64,000 nt of DNA from Eledone cirrhosa (GCA_964016885.1 OZ024764.1:21886001-21950000); one strand, 5' to 3'; counted from the stretch's first letter, positions 1-13,559 are shown. Numbers and translations are program-made. The notes: generated from the sequence alone by a model not told the origin.

Positions 1-232
1 TATATTCTCAGAACTTATCATTTCAAATTCTATATCTATAGTTGGTCATCTACATAGAGAAGTTTCCATAGACAGCCAGTCTTAAACCTCTCTGTTATGG
101 CTTGGAGAACTATGATGAACAACAGTGGGCTAAGAACTAAACCATGATGAACACCTACCTGTACCTTCAATTCCTCACTAAACACACTTTACTGACAGCT
201 TCTCACAAGCCATTCTTCTACACCTAATTTCT
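1..232 (-). mobile_element. Degenerate RTE LINE reverse-transcriptase fragment (copies at 38341-38670 and 55708-56030)
   Basis: Minus-strand translation RKLGVEEWLVR...VQVGVHHGLVLSPLLFIIVLQAITERFKTGCLWK matches the RT of the RTE at 19498-20517. Confidence 0.85.
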
Positions 233-236
233 TTAA

Positions 237-444
237 CCCTTTAGTATATAAACTGGCCATATCTGGCCAGAATTCTCCCCCATCTTTCTGTTCAAACTGG
301 CCGTAACTGGTCATTTATACTTATGTTAAGGTATTGTTCTCAAAATAAATAACATGAAAATCTCATAGATTTGATATTATGTGAGATAAAGCATTTACTG
401 TGAAAATATAATAGTAAATATAGAGTAATGTGAATACTAAAGGG
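237..444. mobile_element. piggyBac-type MITE, 208 bp (copies at 38129-38336 and 55506-55703)
   Basis: TIRs CCCTTTAGTAT / ATACTAAAGGG, flanked by TTAA on both sides (233-236, 445-448). Confidence 0.8.
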
Positions 445-940
445 TTAATCTAATGTCACTATTAACTACTTTTATCAGTCAGTATAATCTAATGTCACTA
501 ATAACTACTTTTATCAGTCAGTTTAATCTAATGTCACTAATAACTACTTTTCTCAGTCAGTATAATCTAATGTCACTAATAACTACTTTTATCAGTCAGT
601 TTAATCTAATGCCACTAATAACTACTTTTATCAGTCAGTATAATCTAATGTCACTAATAACTACTTTCATCAGTCAGTATAATCTAAAGTCACTAATAAC
701 TACTTTTATCTGTCAGTATAATCTAAAGTCACTAATAACTACTTTTATCAGTCAGTATAATCTAAAGTCACTAATAACTACTTTTATCTGTCAGTATAAT
801 CTAAAGTCACTAATAACTACTTTTATCAGTCAGTATAATCTAAAGTCACTAATAACTACTTTTATCTGTCAGTATAATCTAAAGTCACTAATAACTACTT
901 TTATCAGTCAGTATAATCTACTACCACTAATAACTAACCT
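445..940 (+). repeat. 39-bp minisatellite, about 12-13 units, in the ZNF1 intron
   Basis: Unit TAATCTAATGTCACTAATAACTACTTTTATCAGTCAGTA; it produces the repetitive 453..947 ORF. Confidence 0.97.
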
Positions 941-1059
941 ATGTTAGTCAGCACATTCTTCACCAAGGAAGGCCTTAGTATTTATTACAGTCCATTTATC
1001 AATATAGAAATATTATATGAAATTTGTACTGATGTATTACAAGTTTCTGAGTATCTTAT

Positions 1060-1080
1060 AATGTTCTTTTATTATTTCAG
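1060..1080 (+). promoter_or_regulatory. 3' splice acceptor of the ZNF1 coding exon (paralogous AG at 18627-18628, 36986-36987 and 54558-54559 on -)
   Basis: TTCTTTTATTATTTCAG|AATACC is conserved in all four units; unit 2 similarity to the others ends about 45 nt into the intron. Confidence 0.7.
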
Positions 1081-1880
1081 AATACCAGAGGACATTGGCA
1101 TTAAAGAGCACATTACATCAGACATATCCTCAATATTAACCATTTCTAATGAAAGACACTACCCATCATTTTCAAATAATTTTGAAAACACTCAACACTT
1201 TGAAGGGATTTAGTAATATAACTATATTTCTCAGTATTAAGCTGCTATTTGGAACATAACTTTGCACAATTTCATGAAGTTATAATGGAAAGTTTTTAGA
1301 TACATATAAAGACTGATATGAAAAGGTTAAAACACTTTTATATCAGTTGTTTCATCAACACCATTATTTAAAGACTAAAGGAAGCTGTTATACAGAACAG
1401 ATACAACATTGTTTATATAAATCTATGGGGGAAATACTGGAAAATATTTCTTGTAAACTCAATAACACTTCTATTCTTTGCTGTCTAGAATATGTAGAAG
1501 ATACAAAATAAAGCTGAAGAAATTCACAAATGATTTTGTAAGATCTTCATATATTGACAAAGATGATAGTAGATGGAACTACAGGAGTAGAAATATTTCC
1601 ATTATTACAGGAATAACTAATCAAATAAAAACCAGAAAAATTAGATTCTTCGTTTTCTGGAATTTGTACAAAATGGTTTCATATGTATATTAAACTTGAA
1701 GCGATCTACAAAACAGTTTGTATCATCTTTAAATATAAAGAAAGACCAAAGTTGATGTAAATATATCTGGAGGAATATGTTTTAGGAATAATATTATAAA
1801 CATAAAGAAGAAAAATATCCATATATTGACAGAAGAAAAATATTAAAACTGTGAATTATGTGAGAAACTGAGGTCATTGA

Positions 1881-2761
<881 letters not shown>

Positions 2762-3021
2762 CTGTGTCAATATGAAACTCATTACATCATACTACAACAA
2801 ATGTGTAGATCCATCATCCTTGCTAAAACTGGGGTCAACCTTGTAGGTTTTACCTAGGACAGGGATCATAAACACCAGGTTTCAATTTTTGAAGTAGTGT
2901 TTGAAGATTTTGTGTAAATTGAAGTTTTTCACGTTAAACTTTGATTTATTATACTTTAACAGGTAAGATATATATTTGTATTTTTAGTAAAGGTTGGGAA
3001 CTTCTGTAATTTAAACCTGCC

Positions 3022-3027
3022 AATAAA
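3022..3027 (+). terminator. Candidate polyadenylation signal of ZNF1
   Basis: AATAAA 260 nt after the stop, followed by a T/GT-rich tract; conserved downstream of all four ZNF genes. Confidence 0.6.
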
Positions 3028-3227
3028 ATGAAAACTTTTTTTGTTGTTAGTCAGACATTGATATTAATTCTATTGTCCTGTACATTGTCTCAAATATCAC
3101 AGATTAAACAGATTTTAACAATATCAACAGAAATCAATAACTTGTAAGCCTAATATTTAGCTTCCATTTTAACTATTTGATATTGTTGTTCCCCTCCTGT
3201 CTCTTCAGGTCTTTTAGATTTCAACTT

Positions 3228-3992
3228 CTATCTACTGTACTATTCCATCACCAAGGCAACATTCATCTGGCTGGCAGCTTACATCAGCTACAGATCTCAT
3301 CAGTGGTTCACAACAGGCTGTCTGAAAGAAACTTGCAGATATCTTCTATGTCATAGCTATCAATCTCCTCCTCCTTATCATATTTATCATGTAGAAAATC
3401 TCTGAATTTATATTTAACAGGGAGATCTTTTACCGTCCCTACCCTTTTCTCTAGGTTGTCTTGTATCTCTCTCACAGTCCCTATATATATCTTATATTTA
3501 ACAGGGAGATCTTTTACTATCCCTACCCTTTTCTCTAGATTGTCTTGTATCTCTTTCACAGTCCCTCTAGATCTTATATTTAACAGGGAGATCTTTTACT
3601 AGCCCTACCCTTTTCTCTAGGTTTTCTTTTACCTCTCTCACAGTCCCTCTAGATCTTATATTTAACAGGGAGATCTTTTACTCTCCAACCCTTTTCTCTA
3701 GGTCGTCTTGTACCTCCCTCACAATCCCTGTAGATCTTATATTTAACAGGGAGATCTTTTACTCTCCAACCCTTCTACAGATAGTCTTGTATATGTCATT
3801 CCCTCTAGATCTTACACCTCGTATCTAGTCTATGTTGAGTGGTACGTCCTTCTCCAGTAAAGGAGTTAATATTCCCAACCATCTGTCTATCCTGTTTTCT
3901 GATGAGAATGAAGTCAATCTAGTTTATCTCTTCACCTGATTGAAGTAACTAGATCAAGTAACTAGATGGTTTCCTGTAAGTTAGTGTTGCAG
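3228..3992 (-). mobile_element. Old RTE fragment (end of endonuclease plus linker) containing an 82-bp tandem repeat, about 5 units
   Basis: VKDLPVKYKFRDFLHDKYDKEEEIDSYDIEDICKFLSDSLL...WNSTVD aligns with LKDLSLKFKFRKALQDVYDEKEDDLETYDIDNNWKFLRDNLL...WNSTVD of ORF 20846..22102. Confidence 0.85.
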
Positions 3993-4104
3993 TGTTTGTG
4001 TCACCATGTAAGGTTTATATCTATTAATATAGAGATGTAGTAAAGTTTTCACTGTTGTATCTCTATTTTCTAAATATCTTAATAATGTTTCTCTACTATT
4101 TCAG

Positions 4105-4469
4105 AATATCACATGACCTTGACAGAAAAGAGTCTTTTAAAGACAACAGAAAGATGTTATATACAAGTGATATAAACTTGTTTTTATTCTGTGGTGAATT
4201 ATGGTGAAATATTTCTTCTGAATTGAGATAAATATTTTCCTTTTTCACTGTCTGCAATATTTACAAGATGATTTTACATTCTGATTAAACTTTAGATATT
4301 TCCAAAGGAGTTTTCAAAATATTTGGATATTGACAAAGATCACATTTGGTAAAAATTATGAACAATAGAAATATTTACATCAACATAGGAATATTTTCCA
4401 GAAGAGATGGGAAAATCATTATACCACTGTAATATTTGTGGTAAAGTATTCTCTATTCTTTATATGTAG
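4105..4469 (+). pseudogene. Relic ZNF coding exon truncated within its first finger (copies at about 6320-6484 +, 9979-10343 -, 15325-15692 -, 32795-33162 -, 51752-51950 -)
   Basis: Acceptor TTTCAG|AATATC at 4104; leader resembles the ZNF 5' leader (ATATTGACAAAGAT...AGAAATATTT); ATG 4407 reads MGKSLYHCNICGKVFSILYM*. Confidence 0.75.
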
Positions 4470-5365
4470 AACATCTAACTAAACACTTTAACTAACAAAC
4501 TATTGTGCTATAAAATTGACAAACTTGAGCAATGTTTAATAAATGTTACAGATTTCTCCAAACTGTCGTTTACTAACTTTAATTTGAAGCTATGTTATCT
4601 ATATACTACTAAAACTCTGTAATTGTGTCTTGTCTAATTTAATACAGCTAAAACAGTGCATAATGGGGAAATACTTTGAAAGGAATAAAACAATTTTTGT
4701 ATAAATTGGAGCACAGGTTCCCAAGATACAAGGTTTTCTGGGTACCTTTATATATATAGGGAGAGAAAGAGATAGTGGTTGTGAGAGTGAGGAGACAGAT
4801 GGAAGAGAGAGAGAGCTGGTGGTGTTGTTTAATAAAATGTGTGTGTGTGTATATATATATACGTATGTGTATATTTTAACTATTTAAAAATCATTTTTAA
4901 ATGACTTTTAAAAAATAGTTTTATTGGAACGTGACCCAACAGGTCCCGGGTGGTCTAGTTTGTTACTAAATACTAGATATTAGAGGGTTATGTTGTTCTA
5001 GATGTGCTGGAAGAGCCATTCCATCTTGTGAGGTTCACACCAGCAGCTAGCCACCTCAGTACCTATGGTGGTATATTTATTATATTATTTATTCTTTATC
5101 ATTAACATTAATATAAAAGATAATTATATATTTTTAGAGAAGAACCTCTAATTTCATATAGCTTAGGGCTTCAGTAGGTAAAAGTTTGGCCCTGCTTGTC
5201 TTGTATTTTTTAGGGGAGAAGTTAGGGAATACTGTTATTGTGTGAAAGTTTTCTAAATCTTCTGCAGCCACTAACATGGAGAAGATATTTCAGTAAGAAG
5301 GTTCACATCCTGACATCTATAGCTGTTAACAATGAGATTGGAATTCATTATTAAACAAATGTTAT

Positions 5366-6205
5366 ATCATCATCACTGTTTAACATCAGTTTTTTCACGC
5401 TGGCATGGTTTAGACGAGTTATCCTGTTGTAAGCAAAGCCAGGTCAGGTGACCACGTGTTGCTCCTACAGAACAAATTTTGGTTTGGTTTCTGCAGCTGG
5501 ATGCCCTTCCTAGCACCAACCTTATTTACATTGAGTACTGGGTGCATTTTACCATCTCACCATCACGACCTCTTTACAGTGTGGGCTGGGTGCTTTTTGT
5601 TGTGACACCTATATGACCACTTTACAGTGTGGGCTGGGTGCTTTTTGTTGTGACAGCTACATGACCACTTTACAGTGTGCATTGGTTACTTTTTGTTGTG
5701 ACACCAACATGACCACTTTATAGTGTGGACTGGGTACTTTTTGTTGTGACACCAACATGACTATTTTAAAGTTTTGGCTGGGTACTTTTTGTTGTCACCT
5801 ACATGACCACTTTACAGTGTGGGCTGGGTGCTTTTTGCCGTGACACCTCTGCAACCGCTTTACAGTGTGGGCTGGTTTCTTTTTGTCATGTCACCTACAT
5901 GACCAGTTTATAGTATTGGCTGTGTGTTCTTTACAGTGTGGGCTGGTTTCTTTTTGTTATATCACCTACATGACCACCTTATAGTGTTGGCGGTGTGTTC
6001 TTTGCAGTGTGGGCTGGTTTCTTTTTGTCATGTCACCTACATGACCAGTTTATAGTATTGGCTGTGTGTTCTTTACAGTGTGGGCTGGTTTCTTTTTGTT
6101 ATATCACCTACATGACCACCTTATAATGTTGACTGTGTGTTCTTTACAGTGTGGGTTGGGTGCTTTTTGTCATATCTCCTGCCCAACCACTTTGCAGTGT
6201 GGGCA
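5366..6205 (-). mobile_element. RTE-dependent SINE with an internal 48-bp segment expanded into a minisatellite (related blocks at 6996-7410, 8870-9121, 14095-14630, 47840-48462)
   Basis: (GAT)n tail, RTE-like 3' stem, GGTTGGTGCTAGGAAGGGCATCCAGC motif; 48-bp unit GACCACTTTACAGTGTGGGCTGGGTGCTTTTTGTTGTGACACCTACAT. Confidence 0.75.
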
Positions 6206-7490
6206 GTGAAATTTCAGTAATGCACCAGCTCCAATATTCAGTAATCAGAAGAAGGGAGGTAGGCATAAAAGCCAAACTTGCTGTCTTCAATTAGGTTTTT
6301 GTGCCAACCCTTTGCATATTTACAAAGGAGTTTTCAAAATATTTGGATATTGACAAAAATCACATTTGGTAAAATTATGAACAATAGAAATATTTACATC
6401 AACATAGGAATATTTTCCAGAAGAGATGGGAAAATCATTATACCACTGTAATATTTGTGGTAAAGTATTCTCTCTATATATGTAGAACATCTAACTAAAC
6501 ACTTTAACTAACAAACTATTGTGCTATAGAATTGACAAACTTGAACAATGTTTAATAAATGTTACAGATTTCTCCAAACTGTCGTTTACTAACTTTAATT
6601 TGAAGCTATATTATCTATATTCTACTAAAACTCTGTGATTGTGTCTTGTCCGTAATTTAATACAGCTAAAACAGTGCATAATGGGGAAATACTTTGAAAA
6701 GAATAAAACAAGATTTGTATAAATTGGAGCACAGGTTCCCAAGATACGGGGTTTTCTGGGTACCTTCATAAATATAGGGAGAGAGCGAGACAGTGGTGGT
6801 GAGAGAGTGGGCGCTGGTGGTGTTGTTTAATAAATTGTGTGTGTATATATATATATATATACGTTTATTGTGTGAAATTTTTCTAAATCTTCTTCAGCCA
6901 CTAATATGGAGAAGATATTTCAGTAAGAAGGTTCACATCCTGACATCTATAGCTGTTAACAATGAGATTGGAATTCATTATTAAACAAATGTTATATCAT
7001 CATCACTGTTTTACATCAGTTTTTCCACGCTGGCATGGGGTAGACGAGTTATCCTGTTGTAAGCAATGCCAGGTCAGGTGACCACGTCTGGCTCCTACAG
7101 AACCAATTTTGATTTTGTTTCTACAGCTGGATGCCCTTCCTAGCACCAACCTTATTTACATTGAGTACTGGGTGCATTTTACCATCTCACCAACTCGACC
7201 ACAGTGTGGGCTGGGTATTTTTTTACTTTTTGTCATGGCACCTACATGACCACTTTACAGTGAGTACTGGGTACTTTTTATCGTGACACCTACAGTACCA
7301 CTTTACAGGGTGGACTGGGTACTTTTTGTTGTGACACCTACATGACCACTTTACAGTGTGGATTGGGTACTTTTTGTCATGACACCTACACAACCTCTTT
7401 ACAATGTTGGCAGTGAAATCTAATGCACCAGCTTCAGTAATCAGAATATAAATATACACACACACAAACACAAATATATATATATATATT

Positions 7491-8865
7491 CAGTGGTACC
7501 TTGACTTACAAGTGTCCCAACTAATAAGTTTTTCGAGATACGAGCCCTCTCTCGGCTGATTTTTTGCATTGAGTTCCAGAGTAAAATTCAGGTTACGAGT
7601 CAGCTTCAGATGCCCCGCCACTAGTTGGCATAGTGACCGCCACAGGCAATACCGTAACACCCGCCCGGCATCCCATGGCTTCGAAGAAAGTGAGGGCGAA
7701 GGACAGTTCTGAGAAGAAGCAGATGATGTGTATTGAATTAAAGAAAGAAATTATAGAAAAACATGACCAAGGTGTGTGTGTAGTGGACTTGGTGAAGTAG
7801 TACGAGCATGGCACTTCTATGATATGTACCATACTGAAGTAGAAGGACTTGATAAAGGCTATAACCCCAGCTAAGGGTGGTAAAATAATTTCTAAACAGC
7901 GGACCTCTATCCATGAAAATATGGAGAAGCAGCTTGCAAGAGATACCGTGATGAAGATTATAATATGTGACAAGCCACGAGCTATTTACGCTGATTTGCT
8001 GCAGCAGACCCCAGGTACTTCTACGGACGAGGCATCGGCAAGCCCTTTAATGCCAGTCGGGGTTGGTTTGAGAATTTTAAAAAGAGGACCGGCATTCACT
8101 CCGTTGTCAGGCATGGTGAGGTAGCGAGCGCGGATATGAAGGCAGCTGAGGATTACCTCAAAACCTTTGCCTGAATTATAGCAGCTGAAGGATACATCCC
8201 TCAGCAAGTCTTTAACTGTGATGAAACAGGACTTTTTGGGAAGAAGATGCCAAGGAGGACTTATATAACGGCAGAGGAGAAGAGGATGCCTGGCCACAAA
8301 CCCATGAAGGATAGGCTAACCCTCGCACTGTGTGCCACTGAGCGGCGAGTGTAAGATTAAGTTGCCACTCGTTTATCATTCAGAAAACTCCAGAACCTTT
8401 AAGTCACATAAGATTCTGAAAGAAAAACTGCAGGTTATGTGGAGGGCAAACCCGAGGTCATGGTTCACCAGGTAGTTCTTTGTGGAGTGGGTGAATTTGG
8501 TCTTTGGTCCTGACGTTAAAAAATATCTCCATGAAAATAACCTACCCCTGTAAACCCTTCTTGTCCTACATAATGCACCTGCTCACCAACCCACCCTCGA
8601 AGAGTTCAAGTTTATAAAGGTTCTCTACCTTTCACCAAACACCACCCTATCCTACAGACCAAGGACCAGCAGGTACTTTCTAATTTCAAGAAGCTCTTCA
8701 CCAAGCACCTGTTCAGTCGCTGCTTTGAAGTGACGGAGAGCACAAACTTCACCCTTGAGAGGTCTGGAAGGACCATTATAACATCGGGATATGCCTCAGA
8801 ATTATCGATATGACCTGGCAGGGTCTTACAAAGAGGACCTTGACCTCTACATGGAAGAAGCTGTC
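7491..8865 (+). mobile_element. Tigger/pogo DNA transposon, 3'-truncated, decayed transposase
   Basis: TIR-like CAGTGGTACCTTGACTTAC after a (TA)n run; from ATG 7675 MASKKVRAKD...IELKKEIIEKHDQG (CENP-B-type HTH), QQVFNCDETGLF...MPGHKPMKDRLTL, LVLHNAPAH, PNTTPILQ..DQQV; many stops. Confidence 0.9.
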
Positions 8866-8869
8866 ATGA

Positions 8870-10781
8870 AGGTGTCATGACAGAAAGTAAAAAAGTACCC
8901 AGCCCACACTGTGAAGTGGTCGAGTTGGTGAGATAGTAAAAAGCACCCAGTACTCAATGTAAATAAGGTTGGTGCTAGGAAGGGCATCCAGCTGTAGAAA
9001 CCAAACCAAAATTGGTTTTGTAGGAGCAACACGTGGTCACCTGACCTGGCATTGCTTACAACAGGATAACTCGTCTAACCCATGCCAGCGTGGAAAAACT
9101 GATGTAAAACAGTGATGATGATATAACATTTGTTTAATAATGAATTCCAATCTCATTGTTAACAGCTATAGATGTCAGGATGTGAACCTTCTTACTGAAA
9201 TATCTTCTCCATGTTAGTGGCTGAAGAAGATTTAGAAAACTTTCACACAATAACCGTATTTCCTAACTTCTCCCCTAAAAAATACAAGACAAGCAGGGCC
9301 AGACTTTACCTACTGAAGCCCTAAGCTATATAAAATTAGAGGTTCTTCTCTAAAAATATATAATTATCTTTTATATTAATGTTAATGATAAAGAATAAAT
9401 AATATAATAAATATACCACCATAGGTGCTGAGGTGGCTAGCTGCTGGTGTGAACCTCACAAGATGGAATAGCTCTTCCAGCACATCTAGAACATGACCCT
9501 CTAATATCTAGTATTTAGTAACAAACTAGACCACCCGGGACCTGTTGGGTCACGTTGCCTTAAAATTATCTTTTAAGTTATTTAAAAATAATTTTTAAAT
9601 AGTTAAAATATACACATACGTATATATATATATACACACACACACTCACATTTTATTAAACAACACCACCAGCGCCCACTCTCTCCCTATATTTATGAAG
9701 GTACCCAGAAAACCCCGTATCTTGGGAACCTGTGCTCCAATTTAAACAAATCTTGTTTTATTCCTTTCAAAGTATTTCCCCATTATGCACTGTTTTAGCT
9801 GTATTAAATTACGGACAAGACACAATCACAGAGTTTTAGTAGTATATAGATAATATAGCTTCAAATTAAAGTTAGTAAACGACAGTTTGGAGAAATCTGT
9901 AACATTTATTAAACATTCCTCAAGTTTGTCAATTCTATAGCACAATAGTTTGTTAGTTAAAGTGTTTAGTTAGATGTTCTACATATAAAGAAGAGAGAAT
10001 ACTTTACCACAAATATTAGTGGTATATGATTTTCCCATCTCTTCTGGAAAATATTCCTATGTTGATGTAAATATTTCTATTGTTCATAATTTTATCAAAT
10101 GTGATCTTTGTCAATATCCAAATGTTTTGAAAACTCCTTTGTAAATATCCAAAGTTTAATCAGAATGTAAAATCATCTTGTAAATATTCCAGACAGTGAA
10201 AAAGGAATATGTTGTTATTTATCTCAATTCAGAAGAAATATTTCACCATAATTCACCACAGACTAAACAAGTTTATATCACTTGTATGTAACATCTTTCT
10301 GTTGTCTTTAAAAGACTCTTTTCTGTCAAGTTCATGTGATATTCTGAAATAGTAGAGAAACATTATTAAGATATTTAGAAAGTAGACAAACAACAGTGAA
10401 AACTTTACTACATCTCTATATTAATAGATATAAACCTTACATGGTGACACAAACACTGCAACACTAACTTACAGGAAAGCATCTAGTTACTTGATCTAGT
10501 TACTTCAATCAGGTGAAGAGATAAACTAGATTGACTTCATTCTCATCAGAAAACAGGATAGACAGATGGTTGGGAATATTAACTCCTTTACTGGAGAAGG
10601 ACGTACCACTCAACATAGACTAGATACTAGGTGTAATATCTAGAGGGACTGATAGATACAAGACTACGTGGAGAAAGAAGGGTTGGAGAGTAAAAGATCT
10701 CCCTGTTTAACATAACATCTAGAGGGACTGTGAGAGGTACAAGACAACCTAGAGAAAAGGATAGGGACAGTAAAAGATCTC
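8870..10781 (-). repeat. Inverted copy of about 3700-5600 (3' flank of a ZNF unit)
   Basis: Reverse-complement identity through the SINE, the half-finger relic and the RTE/82-bp block. Confidence 0.9.
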
Positions 10782-11439
10782 ACTCGAGGTAAGACTGCCT
10801 CAGAAAGTATTAGAGGGAGACTCCGGCACCCCATGTGATGTGAGACTGATTGACAGAGTGTTGACTTAATATTTTCATTTGTTGTGATTCTAGGTGAAAT
10901 ATATCTCTATGTAAGTAACTTGGTTACGTGAATCATTGTGAATCTCGTAAATACTTAAACAGAAATCTACTTAGGACACAAAATAAAGCAGAGTCCATTG
11001 TACAAAACACATAAAGAACGGATATCAAAAAGAAGGGTGAATGCAACTAGAGTTGTCTCCCCTTACATATGTTTTACCGTAGTGTACGTTTGTGTGTTTC
11101 TCTCTCACTATATATATATAAATATATGTATTTTTTTTACGATCGACTTTCCGTCAAATCGGACCGAGGAAACAATGTTTCCATTGGTCTTTCCAATTGC
11201 TAATACTATCTATCTGTCGCAACTCCAGAAGACTACAAAAGACTGTCTCATACTTCTTTGAAAGATGTTTTCAAACAAACACGTGTACAAAATCCTATTG
11301 TGTTAAAAGTAATAATTACGTATGAAACAAATTATTCATTAAAGTAATTAGCAAATACGTTTTTATATATGGTGTCTAGCAAGGGGACCCACTCGCCTCA
11401 CTCCTATTGGTGGTGACAGTTGACAACATGGTCTAGTTA

Positions 11440-11790
11440 CCCCTGTCTGGTACCTAGATGACACAACCCTGAGTGGCCCGGCTGTGACAGGTTAAGGCCT
11501 CTCTATACCCCAGTATATTACAGTCCAACATAACTGGGATGACATCAATTGTAGGTCTCTTCACACCGGTCACCATCGAGACCTCAGAAGTACTTGGACC
11601 CCGTACTGCCAAGCTCCTCTGTAAGATCAGTACGTTGGTGGCCCTTCTGAAGAGGGTGCCCCATGAGGTTGGGGTGGCTGTTGCAGTGGGTGTCACTGTC
11701 CATCGTCCGGGGCGAATACTTTTGCAGTCTTATCCACAGGGCACAGCACTTCTGCCCCCTTGACCTAGACCCAAAGCTCAATTATTTGCT
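11440..11790 (-). mobile_element. Very old LINE RT fragment, probably RTE-like (copy at about 27200-27545)
   Basis: Remnant peptides ALWIRLQKY and SRATQGCVI resemble the RT motifs LWxxLxKYG and GVxQGCV. Confidence 0.45.
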
Positions 11791-11935
11791 TTTTGCTGTG
11801 AGGACTTTCGTAGTTAGTTCTTTTATGACCCTTCTTTGAAATGTAGTCTTTGACTCATGTGGTGATCTCCTGGTAGTTAATGTAGCAGAACACACTGAAG
11901 GATATGCTGCCCTCCCTAGTGTTGGTAACCTACAT

Positions 11936-13318
11936 CAGACATGTCAAACATGCGGCCCTTTGCAAGCAAACCTGCGGCCCACACAAAGGTTTTTACAGTG
12001 CGAGCATGTTTCATTTTCGTAATATAAAATTTAGAACATTTTCGATACAATTGTTTTTTTGGTGCAATTTTTGTCAACTACTTTTAACTTCCATTAATCA
12101 CGTGCAGCTCATTAACAGAAAACTTTCTTTCAAAATTTCAAAAGATTTTGTTTTTGAAATGGTTAGTGCTCCTCCAGCTAAGAGAAAAAGGAAATTGAAC
12201 GAAGAAGGGCAACTGTTTCAAGAAAAGTGGGAATTACAGTATTTTTGCTCAACGCTGAACAGAAAGATACACTGTTTAATTTGCAACAACTACATGTCCA
12301 CACCAAAAGAGTACAATTTAAAAAGACATTATGAAACAAACCCACGATCTTACGATAAATATGAAGGCCCAATGTGTGTTTCAAGACTCAAGGAATTGAA
12401 GTCTAACTTGACACAGCAACAGACCTGTTTTATGTTAATTCAGGAAGAGGATGTGACTTCTGTTACTGCAAGCTATGAACTCAGTCAAATGATTGCCATG
12501 AGTGGGAAATCTTACAGTGAAGGAGATTTTGTAAAGCAATGTCTTGTAAAAACAGCTGAAATTGTCCAGAGCAAGCAGAGTTATTCAAAGACATTTCATT
12601 AACCAGGAACACTGTTGCTCAACAGATTAATGAAATGTCAGGTGATCTGAAACAACAGTTAAAGGCTGTATCATCAAGGTTTGAACATGTTTCTATTGCT
12701 ATTGAAGAGACTTGACATCACTGGAATAGTACAGCTTGCATTCTTCATCAGAGCCTGTGACAGTGAATTTAATATTTATGAAGAACTGATTGAACTGGTC
12801 CTCAAGCATGACACTATAACAAGCCAGGACATCTTTGAGAAGGTCAAGCAGGGTCTGCATGGTTTTGATCTGAGTAAACTTGCATGTTTATCTACTGACA
12901 GTGCTGCAAATATGGTTGGTAGACATAATGGTGTTGCTGCCAAGTTACAAACAAAAATAGAAAACTCATATCTAGATTCATCATTTGCACATTTTCACTG
13001 TATTATTCATCAGCAAAATTTATGTTCAAAGATTTTAAAATTGCATCATGTGCTTAGCTTGGTCACAAAGACAGTGAACTAAATCAGAGGCCGTGCTCTC
13101 AACCACCGTCAGTTCAGCCAGTTGTTGGAAGATATGGATAATCAGTTCACCGAAGTTCCATTCTACACAGAAGTCTGCTGGTTGACATGTCACAAAGTGC
13201 TGAAAAGATTCTATTTGTTGAAATAATTATGTTTTGGGAGATGAAAGGTCAAAACACAGGTGAAATAAAAGATGAAAGTTGGCTCCAACATCTGGCTTTT
13301 GTTGTGGATATTACTGCA
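11936..13318 (+). mobile_element. hAT transposon (GTF2IRD2/Charlie/SPIN-like), 3' end deleted
   Basis: Left end CAGACATGTCAAAC after ACCTACAT; FQEKWELQYF..CLICN..KEYNLKRHYET, STDSAANMVG, FHCIIHQQNLC; frameshifts and stops. Confidence 0.9.
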
Positions 13319-13559
13319 TCTAGCCATAGAAAGCTTACCCGACAATAGTGTTGGAGAATCCTTCAATCATGACAAAGACATGACAACCTTTTCTGTGCAC
13401 TCAGTAGCAAATGAGACCTTATGTAAATAAGTCTCAGATCCTTGGTCTGTCTGGGAGATCAGTAGCCTCACTTCAGTACATACTTGGTTGAAGTAGACTC
13501 ATTAAACCCTTGCTAGCAGGGAAATCTGATGTTGATGATGTAACCTCAACCTCTTCTTA

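Noticed and set aside
453-947. SLITTFISQYNLM repeat ORFs (also 37119-38120 and 54691-55458) as protein genes
   Set aside because: A 39-bp unit without a stop in one frame gives an ORF automatically; the arrays are intronic, absent in unit 2 and interrupted in unit 3
941-1693. Conserved ORFs 941..1213 and 1478..1693 as genes
   Set aside because: Conservation reflects recent duplication; the first straddles the acceptor, the second lacks an ATG, and neither has a recognisable domain
4610-4965. Possible mariner-like end (TGAAGGTACCCAGAAAA) and Helitron-like end (ACTAGACCACCCGGGACC)
   Set aside because: Only single short termini, with no partner end or coding sequence, so they cannot be supported as features
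11904-13082. Host gene GTF2IRD2/EPM2AIP1
   Set aside because: TIRs, TSD, stops and frameshifts show a decayed hAT transposon
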